Virus record (IMG/VR): IMGVR_UViG_3300037137_001341
Coordinates: 32,001 to 96,000 of that record
DNA: 64,000 bases
Strand: one strand, 5' to 3'
Source of the DNA: a virus
Notes under the pieces: generated by a model
Database searches by the model: none
Told to the model about the DNA's origin: nothing
What the model saw: only the letters and a program-made list of their open reading frames with translations
Shown here: piece after piece, positions 54,159-62,459 of the stretch
How positions within the stretch are numbered: position 1 is the stretch's first letter
How the letters are laid out: the number at the start of each line of letters is the position of its first letter
Program-made: the position numbers and the translations under genes

Positions 54159-54554
54159 TCAGCCCTTCCTCTTGTTCGCGACGATGCCCATGACGCCGAG
54201 ACCGAGCACCCCGGTGAAGAGCCCGACCGGCACACCGATCCAGCCCCACGTGGTCGCATCCTGCCGAGACGGCGCAATCGCCTTGCCCGCCTGGTAGCTC
54301 AGCGCGCCTGCGACGCCGAGGATCGCCAGCATCCAGGCCATGTCCGCGCTCGTCATCTTCGTGTCCACCGGGACGCCAGTCCCTGTGTCAGCCGGGGCAT
54401 CCCCGAGCCCACGTATCGCAGCCACCACGGGGCTCAGCGCGAAGAACCGTGACTTGCCGACCGCGCCGGTGCCGGCGGCTGCCTGCGTCATGGCGCCGGC
54501 AGGGACGTCCTGCGAGAAGACGTCGAACGTGGGCAAAATGCTTTGGCTGTCCAT
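54159..54554 (-). CDS. Membrane protein
   Basis: IRGLGD; TM hairpin + KRK. Confidence 0.72.
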   Translation of the reverse strand: MDSQSILPTFDVFSQDVPAGAMTQAAAGTGAVGKSRFFALSPVVAAIRGLGDAPADTGTGVPVDTKMTSADMAWMLAILGVAGALSYQAGKAIAPSRQDATTWGWIGVPVGLFTGVLGLGVMGIVANKRKG

Positions 54555-54561
54555 GTGCTCC

Positions 54562-55257
54562 TCACTTCTTCATCAGGGTCGCGGCCACGATGCCGACCGC
54601 GACGCCGACGATGGCGAATCCCGCGAAGATGCCGAACTTGGAGCCGGAATCCGTCGCCGGAGCATCGGCACCGAGCCCGTTCACTGGCCACGCCTCCTCG
54701 TTCGGGATCCAGGTCCCGCCGGGATCGGGATGCGTGACGTTCTGCGGACTCACGCCGGGAGGAAGCTCCCAGAGCAGCTGCCTCTCGCGCACGGTGTCCA
54801 GCTGGCTCTGATCGATCGCGACCGCGCCGCCGGGCACGTACATGACGGGCTGGCCAGTGGTCGCGTCGATCACCTCCGACGGCTGGTAGTCGATCGAGTT
54901 CACCAAGTAACCCGGCATCGAAGCGTGGTCCGCGAACACGCCGTAATCCGGGTGGATGTTCCCCTGCGTGCCGTGCGGATCGAACACGCCATTGCCTTGT
55001 ACATCGTCCGCTGCTGCGAGCGTGTTTAGCTCGTTCGCGTAATCCTTGATTCCGATGTCTGCGGTCATGCCGTTGTCTCCCAGGCCCGCGATGTTGCGCC
55101 CACGCGCGCCGCGGTACATGTCGTACGAAGGGTTCATGCCGCTCGGACGCATGTCCGGCGGCCCGATCTCGTCGATGCTCGGAAGGTCGCCGCCGAACAT
55201 CGGCTGGCTCGCGTACACCGGGTACGGGGGACGCAGGGCTCGAAGGACGTTGCTCAT
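54562..55257 (-). CDS. C-anchored membrane protein
   Basis: IAGLGD, VNGLGA; TM + KK. Confidence 0.75.
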   Translation of the reverse strand: MSNVLRALRPPYPVYASQPMFGGDLPSIDEIGPPDMRPSGMNPSYDMYRGARGRNIAGLGDNGMTADIGIKDYANELNTLAAADDVQGNGVFDPHGTQGNIHPDYGVFADHASMPGYLVNSIDYQPSEVIDATTGQPVMYVPGGAVAIDQSQLDTVRERQLLWELPPGVSPQNVTHPDPGGTWIPNEEAWPVNGLGADAPATDSGSKFGIFAGFAIVGVAVGIVAATLMKK

Positions 55258-55844
55258 GTGATGCTCCTTGGCGCTCCCGGATCTTCATCGAGGCTCACCG
55301 TGTAAAAAGTCGTCACACGATCGAGCATGCCGCGCTCGTCCGTGCCCCCGACGGGGTCACAAACTACCCATTCCCCGCTTCGCGGTTCCTTCACGCGCGT
55401 GAACACGTGGCTGTACTGGCCGGCCTCACCGAAGCCGACGACCACGAACTCGGCGACGCGGCCAAGCTGCAACGCCATCGTCGCGATGATCGTCGCCATG
55501 TCATCGCAATCACCGATCGCACTTCCGTGCGCGGCTACTTCCTCGACGAGCCTCTGTGCGTCCTTCACGAGTTCGGTGTGCAGGGGGTCGTTGACGTAAT
55601 GAACGCGCTCCGTCACCCAGTACCGCACCGCCAGGATCTCGCCGAGGTAGTCCTTCGGCTGCACCTGTCGAACGATCTGCTCGACCATGCTCCGCACGAG
55701 CATGCTCTTCTCGCCCCGTTCGCCATGCGTCGCGCTCACCATGGCCCGGAGTGTGTCCGGGTGACCATGAAAAGCGCTCAATGAGTGTGGCGGGTTAGCG
55801 GAGAGCAAGGGTATCCCGAGCCGGGGGTCGGGAGCGCCCTGCAC
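55254..55844 (-). CDS. Transglutaminase-fold cysteine protease candidate
   Basis: YVNDP, GDCDD, SHVF, WVVCDP (Cys-His-Asp triad). Confidence 0.82.
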   Translation of the reverse strand: MQGAPDPRLGIPLLSANPPHSLSAFHGHPDTLRAMVSATHGERGEKSMLVRSMVEQIVRQVQPKDYLGEILAVRYWVTERVHYVNDPLHTELVKDAQRLVEEVAAHGSAIGDCDDMATIIATMALQLGRVAEFVVVGFGEAGQYSHVFTRVKEPRSGEWVVCDPVGGTDERGMLDRVTTFYTVSLDEDPGAPRSIT

Positions 55845-55849
55845 TCGGA

Positions 55850-55878
55850 AGCCTACCGGCGCCAGGCTCGTAACTCAA
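55850..55878 (-). promoter_or_regulatory. Sigma70-type promoter (leaderless)
   Basis: TTGAGT-17-TAGGCT-5-GTG. Confidence 0.6.
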
Positions 55879-55916
55879 GCGCGGGATATGTCCTGGGGTT
55901 TTCCGGCTACTTCGTC

Positions 55917-56123
55917 TCAGCCCCGCGGCTCCGACAGCATCCATGCGCGCCCCTCGGCGCGCCGCATCGCGACCACGCGGGCCGTGCCCTTATCGAGCAG
56001 CACGCTCGCGATGGCGAGCGCGGCGAAGATGCTGGTCCCGAGCCACCAAACCTTTCTGTCCTCCTCGCTCGTGTCAGCGCCGATGCCGATGGAGGAGCAG
56101 CAGGTTCCGATTTGGCGGTACAT
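55917..56123 (-). CDS. Small membrane protein
   Basis: IGIGAD; TM. Confidence 0.65.
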   Translation of the reverse strand: MYRQIGTCCSSIGIGADTSEEDRKVWWLGTSIFAALAIASVLLDKGTARVVAMRRAEGRAWMLSEPRG

Positions 56124-56126
56124 GAT

Positions 56127-56330
56127 CTACCGGCTCCCCCGAAGCCCGAGCGGGTCCTTCGCGTCAATGGCGAAGAACGCGACCGCGAGGCCCACGAGGA
56201 GGCCGCCTGCGACCCAGCTGGTGCCCGAACCCATCTGCGCCGTGTCGGCGCCGATCCCAGACATGTGTCTGCGCCCGTGCGGCCTGACCAGTGGCGCGCC
56301 GCCGTAGCCACCTGCGACGCTGTGGTACAT
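56127..56330 (-). CDS. Small membrane protein
   Basis: MSGIGAD; TM. Confidence 0.68.
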   Translation of the reverse strand: MYHSVAGGYGGAPLVRPHGRRHMSGIGADTAQMGSGTSWVAGGLLVGLAVAFFAIDAKDPLGLRGSR

Positions 56331-56337
56331 GTCCCAG

Positions 56338-56366
56338 AGGCTACCAGGAGGTCAGGGGCCGGGCAA
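56338..56366 (-). promoter_or_regulatory. Sigma70-type promoter (leaderless)
   Basis: TTGCCC-17-TAGCCT-7-ATG. Confidence 0.6.
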
Positions 56367-56370
56367 CCTC

Positions 56371-59013
56371 CTACGACGGCTGCGCCTGCGCTGCCCGCGC
56401 CTGATGCTGCGCCGCGATCTGCTGCCAGAGCTTCTCGACCCAGCGCTTGCCGTCGCGTCGCAGGATCACCGACTCGGCGCCGCCCGGCATCCCCCTCACG
56501 ACGCTCAGCAAGTCCTCCGGCTTGTGCATCTGCACGAGCGCGCCGCTCGGGTCGGGGTACGCCTCCACGAAGCGCTGCGCGAAGATTTCTGCCGGGAGCC
56601 CGACGTTGATCGCCCGCTCGACCTCGGCGCGGAACTCCACGATGGCCGTGTCCGGGAAGATGGCCCCCAGCGCGTTCGTGCCCTGTCCGTTCTGGGGCAC
56701 ATGCTCCTGCGGTGGGGACTGGACCTGCGGGGCCGGCTGCGGGGACATGTTCTGGGGAGGCGGCTGGACCTGCTGCATCGGAGGAGCCATCGGCGTGGTC
56801 GGCTGCATCGGCTGGACCTGTTGCTGTGGCTGCGGCTGCGGCTGGAACGGCGCCTCGGGCGGGATAGTCGGCTGGTGCCCCGCGACGGGCACAGATCCCT
56901 GCGAGGCCCACGCAACCGTCCGTCGCGGCTGCGGCCTCGGGATCCGCTGCTGCTGTGGCGGCTGCCCCTGCCCCTGAGCCGGCGGCAGCTGGCGCGGAGC
57001 GCCCGGTTGCCCCTGTCCACCACCGGCGCGTGCTTCCATCGCCCTCGGGAGCCACTCGTTCATCGTCTCGAACGCCTTCGAGAGCCCCATGCCGACGGTG
57101 CCGACGAAGCGCTCGCCCGCGGTCTGGTTCGCGTTCTCGTCGGTCTTCGTGAAACCGAGCGCCTCGGCCTGCGCCGTGATCTTGCCGATCACCTGCACCG
57201 GGTCCTTCGACTTCTCGGCTTCCTCTCGGGCCTCCGAAAGCTCCTCTTCGAGCCGCGCGATCCGCTCCTTCGCGTTCGCCAGCTGCATGTCCCACGTGCT
57301 CTTGGTCGTGTCCACGCGGGTCGTATGCTGCTCACCCTGCATCCGAAGCTCGCGGGCGTGCTGCTCCCGCATGTCCTTGATGCGGTCGTCGAAGCGCGCA
57401 ACCGTCTCGGCCACCCGGCGCTCGGCGACGTCGCGCTCCTCGCGCCTCGTCTGCTCGACCTGCCCCTTCAGTTCGGTCTCGCGGTCACGCCACCGGCGCT
57501 CGGTCTGCTCCAGAATCTCCCGTGCATGCTTCTCGGAGTCTTCGAGCCGCTCACGCAGGCGCTTCAGTTCATCGTCGTGCCGCTCCTTCAGCGCCGAGCC
57601 GGACTCGCGGTTCTGCTCGCGGATCCGGTTCGTCTCCTCCATGTGAGCCTGACGCAGACGCACGATCTCGTCCTCGGCGTTCTTGCCTGGGTGCATCTCC
57701 TTCACGAGATGCACGGCGTCCTGCACCGGGTTCTGCGACACGCGCTGGTTCTGCTGCTGCTCCGCGAGCCTTTCGAGCTTCAGACCCATCTGCTTGGCGT
57801 CCTCGCGTGCGAGGGACAGCTGCTCGCGCAGCGACTCTTCGCGTCTCTCAGCCGACCTGTTCGCCTGCTCCACTGCCTGCTTGCTGGCATCGCTGACGAT
57901 CGACAGGACGTCCTTGTTCGGGGCGGCACTCACCAGCGCCGCCTTGCGAAGCTCCTCCTTCTCCTCGTCGGCACGCTTCAGCAGGTTCTGCATGAAGTCG
58001 ATATTCGTCCGGTGCATCGCTGCGTCGGCCGGTGTCGCCGGGACGGCGCCTTGCTGGAACCCTGGTGCGAACGGATTCATCGAACTTTCTCCCTGCTTCT
58101 GCTGATTCTGCTTGGTCGGATTGGTGCCCGGGAGCACCGCCAGGTTCGGCGGGAACACCGGAACGGTGTAGCGGAACGGATCGGTCTTCGCCTTGATGAT
58201 GGGAAGGCCAGTCGCTGGATCTCGGCGCCCCTTCGGATCGGGGCCGTAGACGGTGAGCGCGTAGACACGGCCCCCGTACCACTGGTGGAACTCGCTCTCG
58301 GTGATCGCCTCCCGGATCTCACCGAGGTAGCCCGAGCACGGGATCTGCGCCCAGACCCTCGGTTCCAGCCGCTCGACGCGAATGAAGTGCTGGCCGTCAC
58401 CGATGGTGAAGCGCGCGTACACATCCCGCAGGTTCTTCGGCTGCTTCCAGCCGACCAGATCCTCGTTGTCTGTCGGCCGCACCTCCCCGATCGTCGGGTG
58501 AGTACGCATCCTCGGATCTGCTTCGGTCGCGGGGATCTCGTCCATCGGTGAGTGGACCACTTCCTCCTGCGGGTCACCCTCCGTGAGCCCCTCGTCGTAC
58601 ACGTCGGCCACCGGCTGCTGCGAGCGCGAGGGCCTGGCAGGGAGCGGTGGCTCGCTCTCCCCCTCATCTGCTGGGGGCGGGTGCCGCCGCAGCACAGCCT
58701 CGAAGGCAGCGGAGACGGCAGCTGCCGGCGCTTCGCGGCGTTTGACGGCCACGACTGGCTCGGGGTGCTCTTTCCTGGCCTCTTCCCGGGCGTCCTCGGT
58801 CATGGCCAGGAACTCGTCCGGGTCTATGCGCCGACGGCGAGCTTCGGCGCGGAGCTTGTTGGCCCAGCGCGCCTTGAGTGCGCCCCGCTCCCTCGGTGAC
58901 ATGTCCGCGTACGGCTGGTACGCGACGCCGTAGAGCCGGGACTCAGCCAGCAACTGCCGATCGATCTGCCTGGCTGAATCCTCGGGCTGCTGCTCGGAGG
59001 CCGGTTCGCTCAT
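56371..59013 (-). CDS. 880-aa coiled-coil protein (candidate scaffold)
   Basis: Globular RVERLEP..YGGRVY domain, long E/R coiled coil, P/Q-rich linker. Confidence 0.8.
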   Translation of the reverse strand: MSEPASEQQPEDSARQIDRQLLAESRLYGVAYQPYADMSPRERGALKARWANKLRAEARRRRIDPDEFLAMTEDAREEARKEHPEPVVAVKRREAPAAAVSAAFEAVLRRHPPPADEGESEPPLPARPSRSQQPVADVYDEGLTEGDPQEEVVHSPMDEIPATEADPRMRTHPTIGEVRPTDNEDLVGWKQPKNLRDVYARFTIGDGQHFIRVERLEPRVWAQIPCSGYLGEIREAITESEFHQWYGGRVYALTVYGPDPKGRRDPATGLPIIKAKTDPFRYTVPVFPPNLAVLPGTNPTKQNQQKQGESSMNPFAPGFQQGAVPATPADAAMHRTNIDFMQNLLKRADEEKEELRKAALVSAAPNKDVLSIVSDASKQAVEQANRSAERREESLREQLSLAREDAKQMGLKLERLAEQQQNQRVSQNPVQDAVHLVKEMHPGKNAEDEIVRLRQAHMEETNRIREQNRESGSALKERHDDELKRLRERLEDSEKHAREILEQTERRWRDRETELKGQVEQTRREERDVAERRVAETVARFDDRIKDMREQHARELRMQGEQHTTRVDTTKSTWDMQLANAKERIARLEEELSEAREEAEKSKDPVQVIGKITAQAEALGFTKTDENANQTAGERFVGTVGMGLSKAFETMNEWLPRAMEARAGGGQGQPGAPRQLPPAQGQGQPPQQQRIPRPQPRRTVAWASQGSVPVAGHQPTIPPEAPFQPQPQPQQQVQPMQPTTPMAPPMQQVQPPPQNMSPQPAPQVQSPPQEHVPQNGQGTNALGAIFPDTAIVEFRAEVERAINVGLPAEIFAQRFVEAYPDPSGALVQMHKPEDLLSVVRGMPGGAESVILRRDGKRWVEKLWQQIAAQHQARAAQAQPS

Positions 59014-59546
59014 GCGTCCTCGGGAGCCTCATCCTCGTCGTCATCGTCATCGTCGTCATCATCCTCGTCCTCGATGACGATCGACTTGGTGAAGTCAGCC
59101 ATCCCCTGTGTCATGCGCCGCAAGGTCGCGAAGACCTCCCGCTGCGCGTCACCCTCGACACCGGCGGGGACCAGGCTCGTGAGCCCGTCGAGCAGCTTGG
59201 TGTACTGCTCGAACAGCTGGAGGTACTTGTCGGCGTCTTCCTTCAGGAGCGCTGACGTGTCACCGGCACCATCCGGGAGATCCGCGACGTGGTTTTCGAG
59301 ATCCACGATGGCGACGGCGCTAGCCGACGCGAGATCCATGATCAGCGTCATCACGGTGCCGCCGACCTCGCGGTAGACCTTCGCAATCTCCGGCTTGCCA
59401 GCGTCGTCCGCGGACTTCGCCAGGGACGCAAACCTGTCGCGTCCCTCCGCGGCGTCGATGTAGAGCGTGCGGAACTCGCTCTCGGTGTCGGGCTCGTCTG
59501 TCGGTTCGGCCGGCGTCGTCTGCAGCGTCTGAGTGGGTTCGGACAT
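59010..59546 (-). CDS. Helical protein with poly-Asp tail
   Basis: ATGA coupling; acidic C-terminus. Confidence 0.75.
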   Translation of the reverse strand: MSEPTQTLQTTPAEPTDEPDTESEFRTLYIDAAEGRDRFASLAKSADDAGKPEIAKVYREVGGTVMTLIMDLASASAVAIVDLENHVADLPDGAGDTSALLKEDADKYLQLFEQYTKLLDGLTSLVPAGVEGDAQREVFATLRRMTQGMADFTKSIVIEDEDDDDDDDDDEDEAPEDA

Positions 59547-59551
59547 GTACT

Positions 59552-60268
59552 TCAGTTCTCCTGGTTCTCGTCGTCGCGCTTCGGCTCATCGAAGATCCCG
59601 AAGCCCTGGAAGATGGGAAGGTGTGTGCGTTTTGCGCCCTGCTCGATCTTGAACTTGTCGAAGTCGTCGAGGCGCTTGATGCTCTCGACGTCGTACGGGT
59701 GGCGCATGTCGCAGGCCCACATGCCGAGATCGGACACGGTCATAAACGTGCCCTCGGTCGTGCGACGCGCGGAGCAGAGGCGGTAGTGCTTCTTGTGCGT
59801 GGCGTTCAGGTAGAAGCTGCCCTGCTGGCGCACGTAGTGGTGGCACTGCGGCCGGATCGGCAAGACCTCGACCCACTCGTCGCTGGAGATGTTGGTCGCG
59901 CCCTGCTCCCGCACGAGGTTGTTCTTGACTCGATAGCAACCGTTCGGTGCGCGCGAAACGTCCGCGGGCTCGAACGTCGCTTTGATCTCTCCCCATTCGT
60001 CGCGCATCACGAACTTCGAGACGTCCGCCATGCACACGAGCGACTCCGTCGAGAGCGCGGGGATGTCGTCGCCGTTGGTCGTCGTGTCGACCGTCACGGG
60101 CATCCCATCGGGGCCCGTGACGCGCATCGCTGGCCCCGGCTGGAAGTCCTCGTCCACCTCATCGAAGGGGTGGAACTCGGTTTCCGCGTCTACGTCGCCC
60201 TCGGGCCCCTCGTGAACGGTCTCATCCGGCTCAGCGCTGTCGCGCGAGTCCCCTGGTTCGTCGGACAT
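59552..60268 (-). CDS. Hypothetical protein with Cys/His cluster
   Basis: QCHHY..LC..ACD; promoter upstream. Confidence 0.72.
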   Translation of the reverse strand: MSDEPGDSRDSAEPDETVHEGPEGDVDAETEFHPFDEVDEDFQPGPAMRVTGPDGMPVTVDTTTNGDDIPALSTESLVCMADVSKFVMRDEWGEIKATFEPADVSRAPNGCYRVKNNLVREQGATNISSDEWVEVLPIRPQCHHYVRQQGSFYLNATHKKHYRLCSARRTTEGTFMTVSDLGMWACDMRHPYDVESIKRLDDFDKFKIEQGAKRTHLPIFQGFGIFDEPKRDDENQEN

Positions 60269-60276
60269 GTGCCGGC

Positions 60277-60305
60277 ATGCTAACCACGGACATGTGCCCG
60301 ATCAA
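60277..60305 (-). promoter_or_regulatory. Sigma70-type promoter (near-leaderless)
   Basis: TTGATC-17-TAGCAT-8-ATG; CACATGTCC in spacer. Confidence 0.62.
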
Positions 60306-60335
60306 CGCCCTGATCACTACCAAGCCTTGCAGAAC

Positions 60336-60827
60336 TCACGCAGCGGGCTTGCCCGGCGCCTTGGGCACTTCCTGCGGCGTGGAGACATGTGACCCGTCGA
60401 ACTCCTCGATGAAGCTCGCCAGCGCTGGGTCCGCCTGGACGATGGGGGCCTGTTTTCCGAGCTTCTGAAGCTCCGCCGCGAGGCCGTTCGAGACCCTCAC
60501 GACGCGCTGAAGGTCGCGCATGAGCCACGCCTGGGCCACGCCGGCCGCCTGACTCGACTCCCGGTAGAACCGCTGCCAGGTATCCCGCTCCTTTTCGATG
60601 CCCTCGATGATCCCGAAGAACTCGGAGGCCCTCCGCTCGTGCGTTCGGGCCAGATCGGCCAGTTCTCCGGCTGCCCCATTCGCGTCCTCGGCGCTCTTGA
60701 CCGCGAGGTCGAACCCCGTTCGCAGCTGCTTGATCCGCTCCAGGGCCACATGCCACAGGGCCGCCAGCACCAGGAGGAGAAGCAGGGTGGAACCCCCGAA
60801 TATCTGCGCAAGTAGTCGAAATGTCAT
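60336..60827 (-). CDS. N-terminal TM plus coiled-coil protein
   Basis: ATGA coupling; hydrophobic N-terminus. Confidence 0.68.
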   Translation of the reverse strand: MTFRLLAQIFGGSTLLLLLVLAALWHVALERIKQLRTGFDLAVKSAEDANGAAGELADLARTHERRASEFFGIIEGIEKERDTWQRFYRESSQAAGVAQAWLMRDLQRVVRVSNGLAAELQKLGKQAPIVQADPALASFIEEFDGSHVSTPQEVPKAPGKPAA

Positions 60828-61252
60828 CCGTATTCTCTCTGAAGCCAACGGAGCGCGCAGTCGGCTCCAGGGTGAAGGTGGGGGCCCGTAGCCGCGGGAT
60901 CGGCCCAGATCCAGGCCGTGTGCTCGCCGTCGAGCTTCGGCGCGAACTCCTCCCGCACGGTAACCACGAAGAGGGTGTAGGCCAGCGCGACGGGCTCGCC
61001 GTCGCCGTCCCCAGTGACGACGTCGCCGTCGAGCAGCTGGACGAGATCCAGGCATGTGACGCAGTCCGTCAGGATCGCGGGGAGCCCCGTCTCCTCGTCC
61101 AGTTCTCGGGCGGCCGTCGCTTCCGGCGCCTCGCCGGGATCGGACATGCCACCGGGGTGGCTCCATCCCTGGCCGTCCGTGCGCTCCATGAGCAGCACGC
61201 GGCCGGTGTTCTCGGCGAGAATGAGGGTGCCGGCGGCGCGAGGTATGGTCAC
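60824..61252 (-). CDS. NUDIX hydrolase
   Basis: PGGMSDPGEAPEATAARELDEETGL Nudix box. Confidence 0.9.
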   Translation of the reverse strand: MTIPRAAGTLILAENTGRVLLMERTDGQGWSHPGGMSDPGEAPEATAARELDEETGLPAILTDCVTCLDLVQLLDGDVVTGDGDGEPVALAYTLFVVTVREEFAPKLDGEHTAWIWADPAATGPHLHPGADCALRWLQREYG

Positions 61253-61518
61253 GTCACGTCACTCTCGGGGCGATCCCCGATGACGATCCCTCGATGCTGA
61301 TTCGCGCGCCGCGCCCGCTTCTCCGGCTTCGGCGTGTCACGATCGTAGCCCTTCTCGCGCCATGCTTTCATGTACTTGCGGTGGCACTCCTTGCAGTGCC
61401 GCTGGTAGCCGTCGCGGCGGTGCGTGGCGAAAAGCGCGGTGCTCAGGAAGTCCTGGTGGCCGGCGCACCACGCCTTTCCCTCCGGCGGGTCGCCGTGAAT
61501 GGTTGCACGCTTCGCCAT
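61249..61518 (-). CDS. Small Zn-binding basic protein
   Basis: WCAGH..F..DGYQRHCKEC, like the Zn module found N-terminal to phage HNH nucleases. Confidence 0.65.
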   Translation of the reverse strand: MAKRATIHGDPPEGKAWCAGHQDFLSTALFATHRRDGYQRHCKECHRKYMKAWREKGYDRDTPKPEKRARRANQHRGIVIGDRPESDVT

Positions 61519-61836
61519 TCACGCGCCCCGCAGAAACGCTTCCATCCGATCCCCGAGCAAGTTCACGACCTGCTCCCTCGTGGTGGCCCCGGATTCGATC
61601 GCCATCACGAACAGTTCCGCGATCTTGCGCACGTCATCTGCCGGCACATACCCCGCGTCCCGCAGATCCTGCTCGGTGGCCCATTCGCAGCCGCTGGGCT
61701 TGAAGTTCTCGGTGCCCACGACGGTCCCGGTCCCCCGGCCGGTCTTTGTCACCAGCAGGGCGAACCTCGTGGGATCCGGCCGGGTGAACATGATGGGGCG
61801 CGTGGCGCCGGCCGGGATGCTCTCTTCGTCCATCAT
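61519..61836 (-). CDS. Hypothetical protein
   Basis: Coupled ORF. Confidence 0.6.
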   Translation of the reverse strand: MMDEESIPAGATRPIMFTRPDPTRFALLVTKTGRGTGTVVGTENFKPSGCEWATEQDLRDAGYVPADDVRKIAELFVMAIESGATTREQVVNLLGDRMEAFLRGA

Positions 61837-62423
61837 TTTCCACGCCCCAGCCGGCGCGACGCAGCGCCCGGCAGCGCCCCGCGCCCCCCGCTCGGCGGCA
61901 GCTGCCCGCGCTCCGCTTCGGCCGCGATCAGCCGCTGTTCCAGCCGCTCGATCACCCCGAGGAGCTTGATGTTGGCCATCTGGCCGGTCCGGCTGTCGGC
62001 GCGCCCCATGGCCTCGGGATCGTAGATGTTCGTGGCGATCGGGCCGCCGCCGAAGATCCCGCCCGCCGTGGAGCCCCCGAGGCCATGTACCCCGTCGAGA
62101 AGCTCGGCCTCCTCCTCGTACCAGCGCTCCCGCGCTTCCTCCGCGCTCTCCCCGCGGTCGTCCCCGCGGTACCTGACCACGGGGGACCCCTCGAACTCCT
62201 GCGACCTGTGCCGCTCGATCGCCTCCTCGCGGGTGCGCGCGAGCGCGGCGCCGCTGGCGTCCCCGAGCGGGTCCGGCCGCGTGATCGCCCGCGTCGGCGT
62301 TGGAGCGGGGTCGGCAGTGCCGACCCCCATCGCCTTCTCCAGCATCTCCCGCTTGATGACGTCGACCGTGACGCCCCGCATCTTGGCCAGCAGCTTCAGC
62401 GCCTCCTCGAAGTCGTCGGACAT
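61833..62423 (-). CDS. Hypothetical protein
   Basis: ATG 7 nt after -10 box. Confidence 0.68.
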   Translation of the reverse strand: MSDDFEEALKLLAKMRGVTVDVIKREMLEKAMGVGTADPAPTPTRAITRPDPLGDASGAALARTREEAIERHRSQEFEGSPVVRYRGDDRGESAEEARERWYEEEAELLDGVHGLGGSTAGGIFGGGPIATNIYDPEAMGRADSRTGQMANIKLLGVIERLEQRLIAAEAERGQLPPSGGRGALPGAASRRLGRGK

Positions 62424-62430
62424 GCGCTCA

Positions 62431-62459
62431 AGGGTAGCTAGCCACTCGACGATTCGCAA
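62431..62459 (-). promoter_or_regulatory. Sigma70-type promoter (leaderless)
   Basis: TTGCGA-17-TACCCT-7-ATG. Confidence 0.58.

Noticed and set aside
29396-56330. RiPP/bacteriocin double-glycine precursor cluster
   Set aside because: No ABC-C39 transporter or modifying enzymes seen; products are TM-anchored and embedded with capsid-like genes
41457-58551. Long plus-strand ORFs (41457..43451, 51042..53012, 56329..58551) and similar shadows such as 38907..40403
   Set aside because: Antisense shadows of GC-rich genes; low-complexity translations with no RBS or motifs
56371-59013. Tape measure or SMC protein
   Set aside because: No Walker motifs, no tail-gene context and no tape-measure-like Ala/Gly repeats
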